Positions 1 through 9,286 of a stretch of DNA of 64,000 nt are shown in pieces. The translations under genes were made by a program, and so were the position numbers. The notes under the pieces are model-generated. The model saw only the letters and a list, made by a program, of their open reading frames with translations. It did no database searches and was not told the origin of the DNA. Source of the stretch: Chloroflexota bacterium (GTDB lineage: Bacteria; Chloroflexota; UBA11872; VXNJ01); the NCBI GenBank assembly GCA_965261345.1, contig OZ253449.1, forward strand, positions 1,251,317 to 1,315,316. The letters run 5' to 3'. The stretch's first letter is position 1, and every line of letters begins with the position of its first letter.

Positions 1-1071
1 ACCGGGGCGGTGGGCGGAAGGATGGTCAGCGAGGCGGTCGGAAGGCCGTTTGAGCTGCCGCACGAGGGCGCCTATGCTGAATCCTGCGCGGCGATCGGAA
101 TGATGATGTGGGCGCAGCGAATGCTGTGCGCCAGTGATGACGGGAAATTCGCCGACCAGCTGGAAACCTGCCTTTACAACGCCGTGCTCGCCGGAGTCGA
201 GCGCTCCGGAGAGGCTTATTTCTACGATTGCCCGCAGGCGTGCCTGGAGGCTGAATCCAACCCGCCGTGGGCCGAACGACAGCATCTCGCCGGTCCCGGC
301 TACCGGCAGCGCGAGGGCTGGTTTTTTGACCGCGTGGCCTGTTGCCCGCCCAACCTGGCGCGGGTGCTAAGCCAGCTGCCGGGTTACCTGTACGGCCAGT
401 CCGACGGGCATCTGTGGATCCATCTGTACGCGCCCTCGCGAGTGGAGCTTGCCCTGCCATTTGGGCCATCGGCCGCCCTGCGGGTGCGAACCAACTATCC
501 CTATGGGGGACAGATCGCAATCACCGTGGAGCGGGCCGGCCCCGCGTTTGCCGGTCTGCGGCTCAGGATTCCGGCCTGGTCCCGGGGGGCGGTGCTTTCA
601 GTCAACGGCCAACCGGCGGCGACCGATATCGAATCGGGCTACGCCGTCTTGGCGGGCAATCTGGCCGCCGGTGACGAGATCATCCTGGAGCTGGCGATGC
701 CGGTCGAACTCGCCCGCGCCAGCACCCGTCTGGTTGAGACTCGAGGGCAGGCCGCAATCGTTAGGGGCCCGCTCGTCTATTGCCTGGAGGGCCGCGACAA
801 TCCGGAACATGACCTCAGGGATCTGGCGCTGGCCCCGCACGCGGACCAGCGGGCTCAGCTGCGGGACGGCCCGCTGGGATCGATCGGGATCACCCTGCCC
901 GGCATCGCCTACCAACCGGACCCGGCACTCTATCGCCGGGCGGACCCGGAGGGCCGATTGCCCTCTGGTCGCAACTGCCAGCTGCTGGCGGTTCCCTATG
1001 CGCTGTGGGGCAATCGCGGGCCCGGGCAAATGGCAGTCTGGTCGCCCCAGGCCCAGACCGACCGCGCGTAA
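1..1071 (+). CDS. Glycoside hydrolase family 127-like (DUF1680, beta-L-arabinofuranosidase type) protein, C-terminal part; 5' end is outside the window
   Basis: The reading frame is open from base 1 (the track lists it from the first Met at 10). The motif 'DRVACCPPNLARVLSQLPGYLY' resembles the Cys-rich region of GH127/HypBA1-type enzymes. Recognised by eye. Confidence 0.65.
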   Translation, partial: TGAVGGRMVSEAVGRPFELPHEGAYAESCAAIGMMMWAQRMLCASDDGKFADQLETCLYNAVLAGVERSGEAYFYDCPQACLEAESNPPWAERQHLAGPGYRQREGWFFDRVACCPPNLARVLSQLPGYLYGQSDGHLWIHLYAPSRVELALPFGPSAALRVRTNYPYGGQIAITVERAGPAFAGLRLRIPAWSRGAVLSVNGQPAATDIESGYAVLAGNLAAGDEIILELAMPVELARASTRLVETRGQAAIVRGPLVYCLEGRDNPEHDLRDLALAPHADQRAQLRDGPLGSIGITLPGIAYQPDPALYRRADPEGRLPSGRNCQLLAVPYALWGNRGPGQMAVWSPQAQTDRA

Positions 1072-1130
1072 TGCGGCTCGCTTAGCGGAAACTGCAATCG
1101 CCACCGATACAAACCTTCATGTTTTAAGGA

Positions 1131-1709
1131 ATGACCATGCCAGTAACCGACGTCATCGCTAAGCGTCGCAGCGTCAATCGCCTCACCGACCAGGTCCCGA
1201 CCCGGGGCGCGATCGAAAAAATAATTGAGGCCGCACTCTGGGCGCCCAATCACCGTTTCACCCAGCCCTGGCGCTTCCAGATCATTGCCGGAGAAGACCG
1301 GCAGCGGTTCGGCCAGGCTCTGGCCCGGGCCCAGGCGCGACGCCGTCCGCCCGACGGGTCAGCCGCCGAAGCGGCGCTGCAGAAAACCGCCGGACTTTTC
1401 CTGCGCGCCCCGCTGGTTATCGCCGTCTCGGTGGCGCGCTCGCCCGACCCGGTCCAGGACCTGGAGGACTACGGGGCGACCTGTGCGGCCATCCAGAACC
1501 TGCTGCTGGCGGCCTGGGATATCGGGATTGTGTCCAAATGGCGCACCGGCGCCGCCGCCCAGGACCCGGCCGCCCGAAGGTACTTGGGCCTGGGGGCGCG
1601 TGACCGAATCGCCGGGTTCATATATCTGGGGTATCCGGGGCTCGGTCCGATCCCGCCGGGGCGCGACCGCGACCGCGCCCGGATCGAATGGCGATCGCTG
1701 GAGTCCTAG
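1131..1709 (+). CDS. Nitroreductase family protein
   Basis: 192 aa. The N-terminus 'IAKRRSVNRLTDQVPTRGAIEKIIEAALWAPNHRFTQPWRF' is the classic nitroreductase opening, and the size fits. Confidence 0.8.
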   Translation: MTMPVTDVIAKRRSVNRLTDQVPTRGAIEKIIEAALWAPNHRFTQPWRFQIIAGEDRQRFGQALARAQARRRPPDGSAAEAALQKTAGLFLRAPLVIAVSVARSPDPVQDLEDYGATCAAIQNLLLAAWDIGIVSKWRTGAAAQDPAARRYLGLGARDRIAGFIYLGYPGLGPIPPGRDRDRARIEWRSLES

Positions 1710-1734
1710 CCGCGAGTCCGCCTCCTACCAATTG

Positions 1735-1767
1735 AAAAAGGGAGCCTTCGAAAAGGCTCCCTTTTTT
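1735..1767. terminator. Bidirectional rho-independent terminator between convergent genes
   Basis: Sequence AAAAA-GGGAGCC-ttcgaaaa-GGCTCCC-TTTTTT. A 7-bp GC stem (1740-1746 / 1755-1761) is flanked by an A-run and a T-run. It lies between the nitroreductase (+) and amt (-) 3' ends. Confidence 0.8.
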
Positions 1768-1839
1768 GCGGATTGGCGGGGGTAGCGGTGGCTGCGCGGC
1801 CGTTTACCGGTTGGCGCAGCCACCGCAGGTCATAGTGAC

Positions 1840-3225
1840 CTAGAAGGCAATGGAACCAGACTCCCCGTAGCCGAACACGCCGTGCTCGTGGATGTCGAGA
1901 CCGTCGAGTTCTTCCACCGGCTCGGCACGCAGACCGATCGTGTGCTTGATTGCCAGGAACAGAATCGTGCAGGTTGCCCCGACCCAGACGACCGTGGCGG
2001 CCGATCCGAGCGCCTGAACGCCCAGCGCGCCAATGTCGCCGTTTATGAACAGCGAGCCCGCGGGACCGCCGAACTTGGGATCGGCAAAGAGCCCGACCGC
2101 CACGGTGCCCCAGATTCCGACCAGCCCGTGGACGGCGATCGCGCCGACTGGGTCGTCGACCCTGAGGACCTTGTCGATGAAGGTGACGCCGTAGACGACC
2201 AGTGCGCCGCCGACTAGACCGATGACCACCGCGGCCCAGGTGTCGACGAAACCGCAGGGAGCGGTTATCGCCACCAGGCCGGCAAGTGCGCCGTTACCGA
2301 TCATGCCCACGTCGGGCTTGCCGCTGACCAGCCAGGAAACGCCCATCGCGGCGATTGCTCCGGCGGCCGCGGCCAGGTTGGTGACCACGATCACACTGGC
2401 AAAGTCCTGTCCCACCGCCGAAAGGGTGGAACCGCCGTTGAAGCCGAACCAGCCGAACCAGAGGATGATCACACCGGCGATCGCCAGCGGAATCGAGTGG
2501 CCAGGAATCACGTGCGAGGTGCCGTCATCGGAGTACTTGCCAATGCGCGGTCCCAGAATGGCGGCGCCGACCAGGGCGGCCACGCCGCCGGTGGTGTGAA
2601 CCACCGAAGAACCGGCAAAGTCGTAGAAGCCGAGCTCGGCCAGCCAGCCGCCGCCCCAGACCCAGTGACCGACCACCGGGTAGATGAACCCGGTCAGGAC
2701 GACCGCGTAGACCAGATAGGCGCGGAAGTGAGTGCGTTCGGCCATCGCTCCGGAGACGATGGTGGCGGCGGTTGCGGCAAAGACCACCTGGAAGAACCAG
2801 TCGGTCGAGAACTGCGCGTCGCCTACATCGATTAGGAAAGCCGAGGTGCCGATTATTCCACCGGCGCTCTCACCGTACATGAAAGCCCAGCCGACCGCCC
2901 AGTAGGAGATCAGGCCGACCGACATGTTCATCAGGTTCTTAGCGCAGATGTTGGCGGCGTTCTTGGTGCGCGTAAATCCGGTCTCAACCAGGGTGAATCC
3001 GGCGTGCATGAAAAACACTAGAGCCCCGGCGACCACGATCCAGAGCTGGTCGACGGTGGCGGTTATCGCCACGATGTCGCCAGCCTCATCGGCCATGACC
3101 AGCGAGGGCAGCACCAGTGCGGCCAGAATCGCTCCGGCCAGCACAAACAGGTACCGGACCGAGAACAGGTAGCTGACCGGCGGGCGCAGGGCGACCGCCC
3201 GGGCAGTGGAAACCATAGTGCTCAT
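1840..3225 (-). CDS. amtB: Ammonium transporter (Amt family)
   Basis: 461 aa polytopic membrane protein with Amt signatures ('FFMHAGFTLVETGF', 'DFAGSSVVHTTGG', 'VHGLVGIWGT'). Its start overlaps the glnK stop (ATGA). Confidence 0.95.
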   Translation of the reverse strand: MSTMVSTARAVALRPPVSYLFSVRYLFVLAGAILAALVLPSLVMADEAGDIVAITATVDQLWIVVAGALVFFMHAGFTLVETGFTRTKNAANICAKNLMNMSVGLISYWAVGWAFMYGESAGGIIGTSAFLIDVGDAQFSTDWFFQVVFAATAATIVSGAMAERTHFRAYLVYAVVLTGFIYPVVGHWVWGGGWLAELGFYDFAGSSVVHTTGGVAALVGAAILGPRIGKYSDDGTSHVIPGHSIPLAIAGVIILWFGWFGFNGGSTLSAVGQDFASVIVVTNLAAAAGAIAAMGVSWLVSGKPDVGMIGNGALAGLVAITAPCGFVDTWAAVVIGLVGGALVVYGVTFIDKVLRVDDPVGAIAVHGLVGIWGTVAVGLFADPKFGGPAGSLFINGDIGALGVQALGSAATVVWVGATCTILFLAIKHTIGLRAEPVEELDGLDIHEHGVFGYGESGSIAF

Positions 3226-3560
3226 ATTGCGTCCCGCCCGCGCTGCTGGGTTCGGATCCGAACCACGTCCTCGATCGGCAGGACAAAAATCTTGCCGTCG
3301 CCGACCTCGCCGGTGTAGGCGTGCTCGCAGATCAGCGCTATCAGCTGGTCTACGTTTTCGTCGCCTAGGACGATTTCGAGCTTGATCTTGGGCCGGAAGA
3401 TGATGGACGCCCGTACCCCGCGGTAGGTTTCGGTGTAACCGCGCTGGGAACCGGCGCCGCGGACTTCGCTTACGCTCAGGCCGTGGAATCCGGCCTTGTC
3501 GAGCGCGTCACGAAGCGGCTCAAGCACCTCGTGGCGAATTACGGCCTCTACTTTTTTCAT
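3222..3560 (-). CDS. glnK: Nitrogen regulatory protein P-II
   Basis: 112 aa. 'MKKVEAVIR...GFHGLSVSEVRGAGSQRGYTETYRG...GDGKIFVLPIEDVVRIRT' is canonical PII, including the T-loop Tyr. It is translationally coupled to amt. Confidence 0.95.
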   Translation of the reverse strand: MKKVEAVIRHEVLEPLRDALDKAGFHGLSVSEVRGAGSQRGYTETYRGVRASIIFRPKIKLEIVLGDENVDQLIALICEHAYTGEVGDGKIFVLPIEDVVRIRTQQRGRDAI

Positions 3561-4041
3561 GTGTCTCCTCTCAAAGGTGACGTGTTACAAAGGTCCCCGC
3601 GCGCAGCTTGGCAATGGCGGTCGGGGGAGAGATTCCGGCCGACCGGATACAGCTAATCTGCGGTTGCGATTGGGGCGTAGAGCAGTAAAATCCCTCTCGC
3701 TCTGATCGCGGGATTGGCGGCACTGACTTGGCCTTTGGACCGTTACCGACGGTCCTTCCCCGGAAAACCGGGCCCGGGTCGTCTTGACCCTATCTACACC
3801 TACGCAATGTGCAGGCGGCGGCGATTCCAGATCATTGAAGGATTGGACACGCGACGGCATCGTCGGTCCGCGCCCGGTCGCCACCGAGGTTTTGGATGAC
3901 CAAATGTTAACAACATTGGGCTGTGTTCGGGGCGGCGGTCCGCTATTCCCGGCGGCGGCCGCTTTGTGGCCGAAAATCTAGGACCGCCTACGTTTTTGTA
4001 AAAAAACCAAATCCATACCAAAAAGCCATTGAACTACCGCC

Positions 4042-4395
4042 ATGCACTGCCCTGACTGCGACCACGAGAACACCAGCGGCGCCTGGCTTTGCATCAACTG
4101 CGGAGCCAAGCTGCCGCGCGAAGGCGCGACCGAACAGGAACAGGACGCCGGCGAAGAGGGCCAGCCCGACGAGCCGAGCCGCTTTGAGCCGGCAATATCT
4201 GAGAATCTGCGTCGCCTGCGCGAACGGGCACAGCGCCCGGCGCGGTCCGGTTCCGGGCCGTCACAAAGGCGATCGGGGCAGATGAAGATGCCGGAGGTCT
4301 CGTCCGGGACGGTGCTGGGATTCCCGCTTTCCTTCTGGCTGGTTGCCATTTTCATATTCGTGGTGACCGCGATGGTGCTCTCCAACCTCAACTAG
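4042..4395 (+). CDS. Zinc-ribbon protein with C-terminal transmembrane helix (function unknown)
   Basis: 'MHCPDCDHENTSGAWLCINCGAKL' gives two CxxC pairs, followed by an acidic/low-complexity linker and a hydrophobic tail 'FWLVAIFIFVVTAMVL'. It sits between glnK and glnA. Confidence 0.55.
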   Translation: MHCPDCDHENTSGAWLCINCGAKLPREGATEQEQDAGEEGQPDEPSRFEPAISENLRRLRERAQRPARSGSGPSQRRSGQMKMPEVSSGTVLGFPLSFWLVAIFIFVVTAMVLSNLN

Positions 4396-4450
4396 CGGTT
4401 GCTTGGCGGCCGGCCGGCGTTGGCCGTTCTTGCATAATTTGGCGGCAATT

Positions 4451-4467
4451 TGTAAAAATTGGTAACC
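4451..4467. promoter_or_regulatory. Candidate nitrogen-regulator operator upstream of glnA (TGTNA-N7-TNAC-like)
   Basis: TGTAAAAATTGGTAACC is an AT-rich element in a GC-rich genome, about 115 bp upstream of the glnA ATG. It is one mismatch from the GlnR/TnrA TGTNA-N7-TNACA pattern known from Firmicutes. Speculative. Confidence 0.2.
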
Positions 4468-4580
4468 TGAGCGCTAAAGTGTTGCCCGGCCTCGCTGCTA
4501 CCGAGCCGCTCGACAACGACTGTCGCGAGACTTGAACGTTCTAACTGACCCTGGTTGTTTAGAAGAAAGATAGTCATTCC

Positions 4581-6011
4581 ATGAGCGACCGTTCCGAGCA
4601 AATCCAAAAGGTAATGCGGATGGCCCGCGACGCGGACTGCCAGTTCGTGGATTTGCGATTTACCGACCTGCCCGGGACCTGGCAGCACTTCTCGATCCCG
4701 ATCGCATATCTGGATGAGGACCTTTTCGTAAATGGATCGGGATTCGACGGCTCCAGCATCCGTGGATTCCAGGCAATCAATGAATCCGACATGCTGGTTA
4801 TCCCCGACCCTTCGACCGCGTTCGTGGACCCGATCCTGGCCGCCCCGACCCTTGTGATGGTCTGTGACATCGAGGACCCGCTTACCCGTCAGCGCTACTC
4901 GCGCGATCCCCGCAACATCGCCAACAAGGCCGTCGCCCACTTGGCTTCAACCGGGATTGCCGATTCCAGCTTCTGGGGGCCGGAAGCTGAATTCTTCATC
5001 TTTGACCACGTCAGTTACGACGAATCGGCCAACGGAAGCTTCTTTACGATCGACTCCGACGAGGGTATCTGGAATGCTGGCCGCCCGGAGACCAACCTGG
5101 GCCATCGCCCCCGCCACAAAGAGGGCTATTTCCCGACCCCGCCGGCGGACTCGCAGCAGGACATCCGCTCGGAGATGGTCTCGGCGATGATCGAAATCGG
5201 AATCGATGTGGAGCTTCATCACCACGAGGTGGCAACCGCCGGCCAGGCCGAGATTGACCTGCGCTACGCTCCGTTGGTGGAGCAGGCCGACAAGTTGATG
5301 GCCTACAAGTACATCGTCAAAAACATTGCCAAGATCAACGGCCACACCGCCACGTTCATGCCTAAACCGGTGCTCGGCGACAACGGTTCGGGTATGCACT
5401 GCCACCAGAGCCTGTGGAAGGATGGCGAGCCGCTCTTCTACGGCGGGGAGGGCAACTACGGGTTGCTCTCGGAGACCGCCCGCTGGTATGTCGGTGGCCT
5501 GCTCAAGCACGCCGACTCGCTGCTGGCGTTCTGCGCCCCGACCACCAATTCCTACAAGCGGCTGGTGCCCGGCTTCGAGGCCCCGGTAAACCTGGTCTAC
5601 TCCCAGCGCAACCGCTCGGCCTGCGTACGCATTCCGACCTACTCGCCCGCACCGGCGGCCCGGCGAATCGAGTTCCGCTCGCCTGATCCAACCGCCAACC
5701 CGTACCTGGCCTTTTCGGCGATGCTGATGGCCGGGCTTGACGGAATCGTCAACCAGATAGAGCCGCCCGACCCGGTCGACGAGGACATCTACGAGCTTCC
5801 GGCCGAACGCCTGGCCGCGATCGCCTCGGTGCCGGGATCGCTCGAGGAGGCCCTAAACGCCCTGGAAGCCGATCATGAATATCTGTTCGCCGGCGACGTG
5901 TTCACCCCGGACGTGATCGCGACCTGGCTCGAGTACAAACGCGACGGTGAGGTCAGTGAGCAGCGCCTGCGACCGACCCCGTGGGAGTTCTTCAAGTACT
6001 ACGACGCCTAG
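4581..6011 (+). CDS. glnA: Glutamine synthetase type I
   Basis: 476 aa with GS-I motifs ('FDGSSIRGF', 'HHHEVATAGQAEID', 'KPVLGDNGSGMHCHQSLW', 'NSYKRLVPGFEAP'). Confidence 0.95.
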   Translation: MSDRSEQIQKVMRMARDADCQFVDLRFTDLPGTWQHFSIPIAYLDEDLFVNGSGFDGSSIRGFQAINESDMLVIPDPSTAFVDPILAAPTLVMVCDIEDPLTRQRYSRDPRNIANKAVAHLASTGIADSSFWGPEAEFFIFDHVSYDESANGSFFTIDSDEGIWNAGRPETNLGHRPRHKEGYFPTPPADSQQDIRSEMVSAMIEIGIDVELHHHEVATAGQAEIDLRYAPLVEQADKLMAYKYIVKNIAKINGHTATFMPKPVLGDNGSGMHCHQSLWKDGEPLFYGGEGNYGLLSETARWYVGGLLKHADSLLAFCAPTTNSYKRLVPGFEAPVNLVYSQRNRSACVRIPTYSPAPAARRIEFRSPDPTANPYLAFSAMLMAGLDGIVNQIEPPDPVDEDIYELPAERLAAIASVPGSLEEALNALEADHEYLFAGDVFTPDVIATWLEYKRDGEVSEQRLRPTPWEFFKYYDA

Positions 6012-6060
6012 GCGGTAGCCGCGCTAAATCGGTGGCCGACCGGCCGCCGACCAGGTGATT

Positions 6061-6092
6061 TAAGGCCCTCGGATCCTTAGATCCGAGGGCCT
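6061..6092. terminator. Strong hairpin between convergent glnA and an enolase-superfamily gene
   Basis: AAGGCCCTCGGATC-ctta-GATCCGAGGGCCTT forms a 14-bp perfect stem. There is no long T-run, so the terminator function is inferred. Confidence 0.55.
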
Positions 6093-6278
6093 TAGCCCTC
6101 GCAACTAGCCGGGAAGCGATCGGTACGTAGCCGATCCGGGTTTATTTGAAAAAACGCGCCGCCGGATCGGCGTTCGGGCGATGTGGTGTCGGCCCACCAA
6201 CACTTCGGCGGTCGGGGCATTGCACCGCAGCGCGGCGATGCCCGGGGCCCGGATCCACTGGCATAGACAGAGAAATCG

Positions 6279-7457
6279 TCAGGCCAGTTTGACGTGGCCG
6301 GTTCGGTGGGCGTTTATCCACTCCCAGTCAATTTCCACCCCAATTCCCGGCCCTTCCGGAGCAAAGACATTGCCCTGGCTGTCGATGCTGTCTAGGTCGT
6401 CGCTGTAATCGACATATATGGGGTGCAGCGGAGCCAATGGTCGCGCCACCTTTGGATGCACCAACCCGAGCTCGTAGTAGTTGGTGTTGCGGATCGAAGA
6501 CATCAGGTGCCGGTGCACCGGCCCCGGGGAATGAATCTCCACGTCGATGCCGAATCCCTCGGCGGCGTGGGCGATCTTCATCACGCCGGTGACCCCGCCG
6601 TCCTGGTAGGCGCCCGCCCGCATGTAGTCGGTCGCCTCGGCGAGCAGGAAATTCACGTGCTGTTCTAGCAGTCGGATGTGCTCGGTCTGCAGAATCGGGG
6701 TGCGGAGCATCTCGCGCAGCTTGCGATGCGCGTAGGTGGAGACGCCGCCATCCCGGTAGGGGTCCTCAATCCAGAAGAAGTTCGCCTCATCGCAGGCCCT
6801 CCCGACCGCCAGCGCCTGGGCGAAATTCTCGAGCTCGCAGGCCGGATCGAGCATCAGCGCCATGTTCTCGCCCACCGCTGCGCGCATGCCAAGCACGTTG
6901 TCGATCTCGCGCTGGATGTTCTGTCCCGCCAGGCCCCAGCCGTGGATCTTGAAGGCGGTATAACCCATGTCGCGGCACCGCACTGCAAATTCGGCGAACT
7001 GCTCCGGGGTGGTGAGCCCGCCGTTCTCATCACCGTGCAGGGTTGATGCGTAGGCGGGCAGCGGGCGCCGGGTCCCGCCGAGGAGGCGGTACAACGGTTC
7101 GCCGTACAGCTTGCCGGCGATGTCCCAGAGGCAGATGTCGATGACGCCGACACCGGTCATATCAAATTGCCGGAGGGCGCGCTTGCAGTCGTTGTAGATC
7201 TTCTCCCGCCCGGTGGCGTCCTTACCGATGAGGTACCCGGCGCAAATTGCCACCTGGGCCTGGGTCGGCCCCATAAAGACGGGGAACTCGCCGGTGATGC
7301 CGGCATCGGTGTGGATCTGGAGGATGGCTCCGGATTGCTTGAGCGTGCCGCCCGGTTCGTAGACGATGTTGAAGGTGTTGTAGTCCTTGCCGAGGTCGTT
7401 GTTGGTGAACTCATAGCTTGTGAGCTCAACCCCGGTAATGACTGGAACGCTGTTCAT
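6279..7457 (-). CDS. Enolase-superfamily (mandelate racemase / muconate lactonizing enzyme family) protein, tandem paralog 1
   Basis: The track ORF extends to 7514, but alignment with the paralog (MDSVPVISG...) places the start at the Met of 'MNSVPVITG' (ATG at 7457). It has the MR/MLE-like pattern 'KIHGWG', 'LMLDPACE', 'FFWIEDP', 'LQTEH'. Confidence 0.85.
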   Translation of the reverse strand: MNSVPVITGVELTSYEFTNNDLGKDYNTFNIVYEPGGTLKQSGAILQIHTDAGITGEFPVFMGPTQAQVAICAGYLIGKDATGREKIYNDCKRALRQFDMTGVGVIDICLWDIAGKLYGEPLYRLLGGTRRPLPAYASTLHGDENGGLTTPEQFAEFAVRCRDMGYTAFKIHGWGLAGQNIQREIDNVLGMRAAVGENMALMLDPACELENFAQALAVGRACDEANFFWIEDPYRDGGVSTYAHRKLREMLRTPILQTEHIRLLEQHVNFLLAEATDYMRAGAYQDGGVTGVMKIAHAAEGFGIDVEIHSPGPVHRHLMSSIRNTNYYELGLVHPKVARPLAPLHPIYVDYSDDLDSIDSQGNVFAPEGPGIGVEIDWEWINAHRTGHVKLA

Positions 7458-7696
7458 GGCCTGGTCCTGGTGGCTGATTAGGTGGTTTATGGTACGGCAG
7501 GGTTGGTGGCCCATCGGGCGATGGCGCCGGGGCGCAGCGGCCTATTTGAGGCGTGATCGAATTGGGCTGACCCAATATCGCCGACCTTACCCGGGGCGCG
7601 CCGGCGCCAGCCGATAATTCCGGCGCCGACTTGACCCTTCAGGTGATCCTGCGGGCGATGTCAACGGGCCCGCCGACGGCGTTTGGGCCAATGCCC

Positions 7697-8872
7697 TCAG
7701 GCCAATTTGACGTGGCCGGTGCGGTGGGCGTTTAGCCATTCCCAGTCGAGCGGCACCCCGATACCTGGACCCTCCGGGGCAAAGACGTTGCCGGCGTTGT
7801 CGATGGCGTCCAGATCGTCGCTGTAATCGCCGCAATACGGGTGCTGCGGGACCGACGATTCCGAGTATGGGTGTACCAGGCCAAGCTCATAGAAATTGGT
7901 GTTGCGAATCGAGGACATCAGGTGTCGGTGCACCGGTCCCGGGGCGTGAATCTCCACATCGATGCCGAAACCCTCGGCGGCGTGGGCGATCTTCATCACG
8001 CCGGTGACCCCGCCGTCCTGGTAGGCGCCCGCCCGCAGGTAATCGGTCCCCTTAGCGAGCAGGAAATTCACATGCTGTTCCAGCATACGGATGTGTTCGG
8101 TTTGCAGGAGCGGGGTCTGGATCATCGCACGCAGCTTGCGATGCGCGTAGGTGGAGACTCCGCCGTCGCGGAACGGATCTTCGTACCAGAAGAAGTTCGC
8201 CTCATCGCAGGCCCTCCCGACCGCCAACGCCTGGGCGAAATTCTCGAGCTCGCAGGCCGGGTCGAGCATCAGCGCCATCTTCTCGCCCACCGCCGCGCGC
8301 ACGCCAAGCACGTTGTCGATCTCGCGCCGGATGTTTTGTCCCGCCAGGCCCCAGCCGTGGATCTTGAATCCGGGGTACCCCATGTCGCGGCACCGTACCG
8401 CAAAGTCTGCAAACTGCTGCGGGTCGCCCAGCCCGCCGTTCTCATCCCCGTGCAGGGTAGAGGCGTAGGCGGGCAGCGGGCGCCGGGTCCCGCCGAGGAG
8501 GCGGTACAACGGCTCGCCGTAGAGCTTGCCGGCGATGTCCCAGAGGCAGATGTCGATTGCGCTAAGCCCGGTCATATCGAATTGCCGGAGGGCGCGCTTG
8601 CAGTCGTTGTAGATCTTCTCCCGCCCGGTGGCGTTCTTGCCGATGAGGTACCCGGCGCAAATTGCCACCTGGGCCTGGGTCGGACCCGCCGGGACCGGAA
8701 ACTCCCCGGTTATGCCGGCATCGGTGTGGATCTGGAGGATGGCCCCGGATTGCTTGAGCTTGCCGCCCGGTTCGTAGACCAAGTTGAAGGTGTTGTAGTC
8801 GGTGCCAAGATCGTTCGAGGCAAATTCATAGCTTGTGAGCTCAACCCCGGAAATGACTGGGACGCTGTCCAT
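7697..8872 (-). CDS. Enolase-superfamily (MR/MLE family) protein, tandem paralog 2
   Basis: 391 aa. It is collinear with the gene at 6279-7457, with about nine in ten residues identical by eye. Confidence 0.9.
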   Translation of the reverse strand: MDSVPVISGVELTSYEFASNDLGTDYNTFNLVYEPGGKLKQSGAILQIHTDAGITGEFPVPAGPTQAQVAICAGYLIGKNATGREKIYNDCKRALRQFDMTGLSAIDICLWDIAGKLYGEPLYRLLGGTRRPLPAYASTLHGDENGGLGDPQQFADFAVRCRDMGYPGFKIHGWGLAGQNIRREIDNVLGVRAAVGEKMALMLDPACELENFAQALAVGRACDEANFFWYEDPFRDGGVSTYAHRKLRAMIQTPLLQTEHIRMLEQHVNFLLAKGTDYLRAGAYQDGGVTGVMKIAHAAEGFGIDVEIHAPGPVHRHLMSSIRNTNFYELGLVHPYSESSVPQHPYCGDYSDDLDAIDNAGNVFAPEGPGIGVPLDWEWLNAHRTGHVKLA

Positions 8873-9286
8873 GGCCTGGTCCTTTTAAAGAACAGTGCGC
8901 GGCCTTGGCCGGTCTGCCGTAAAGATTGATTGGGCCGCCCGGACGCGAACCGCCGTAAGCACGCTTTCGCTCCCGGGGCCGTCCTAGAGCTTTCCAATTC
9001 CGCCCATTGTCCCCTGCCCGGGATTGGTTGCCCGCCGGCTAGGCCCGGCGCGACCCGGCCGGAGTTTTGACCAAATGCCGGTTTGAGCCAGGACCGGCCA
9101 GCGGTACCGCTTAAGCGATCAATTTGGCCGCCCGCCCGCGGTCAATTTATGGCTGAACTGGTTGTCTGAGTGGGATGGGTGTGGGCCGGGCGCGGGCGGC
9201 CCGTTTTCTCGTGTGGGCTACGCCGGCCCCGGCGGCGGCCTCAACCTTCTCAGTCGAAATTGCCGATCGGGGATTCGGCGCGGCGG

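Noticed and set aside
7841-8929. 362-aa ORF on the plus strand
   Set aside because: It is entirely antisense to the enolase-superfamily gene at 7697-8872. Its composition is Arg/Gly/Pro/Ala-rich, typical of the mirror frames of high-GC genes, and it has no motifs. The same reasoning applies to 6423-7481 (+) opposite paralog 1.
9183-9207. Plus-oriented terminator-like hairpin GGGCCG-N8-CGGCCC-GTTTT, with no plus-strand gene upstream
   Set aside because: It has only four T residues and a short stem. It lies just downstream of the 3' end of ileS (minus strand), where it may act in the opposite sense or not at all. This is insufficient evidence for an sRNA.
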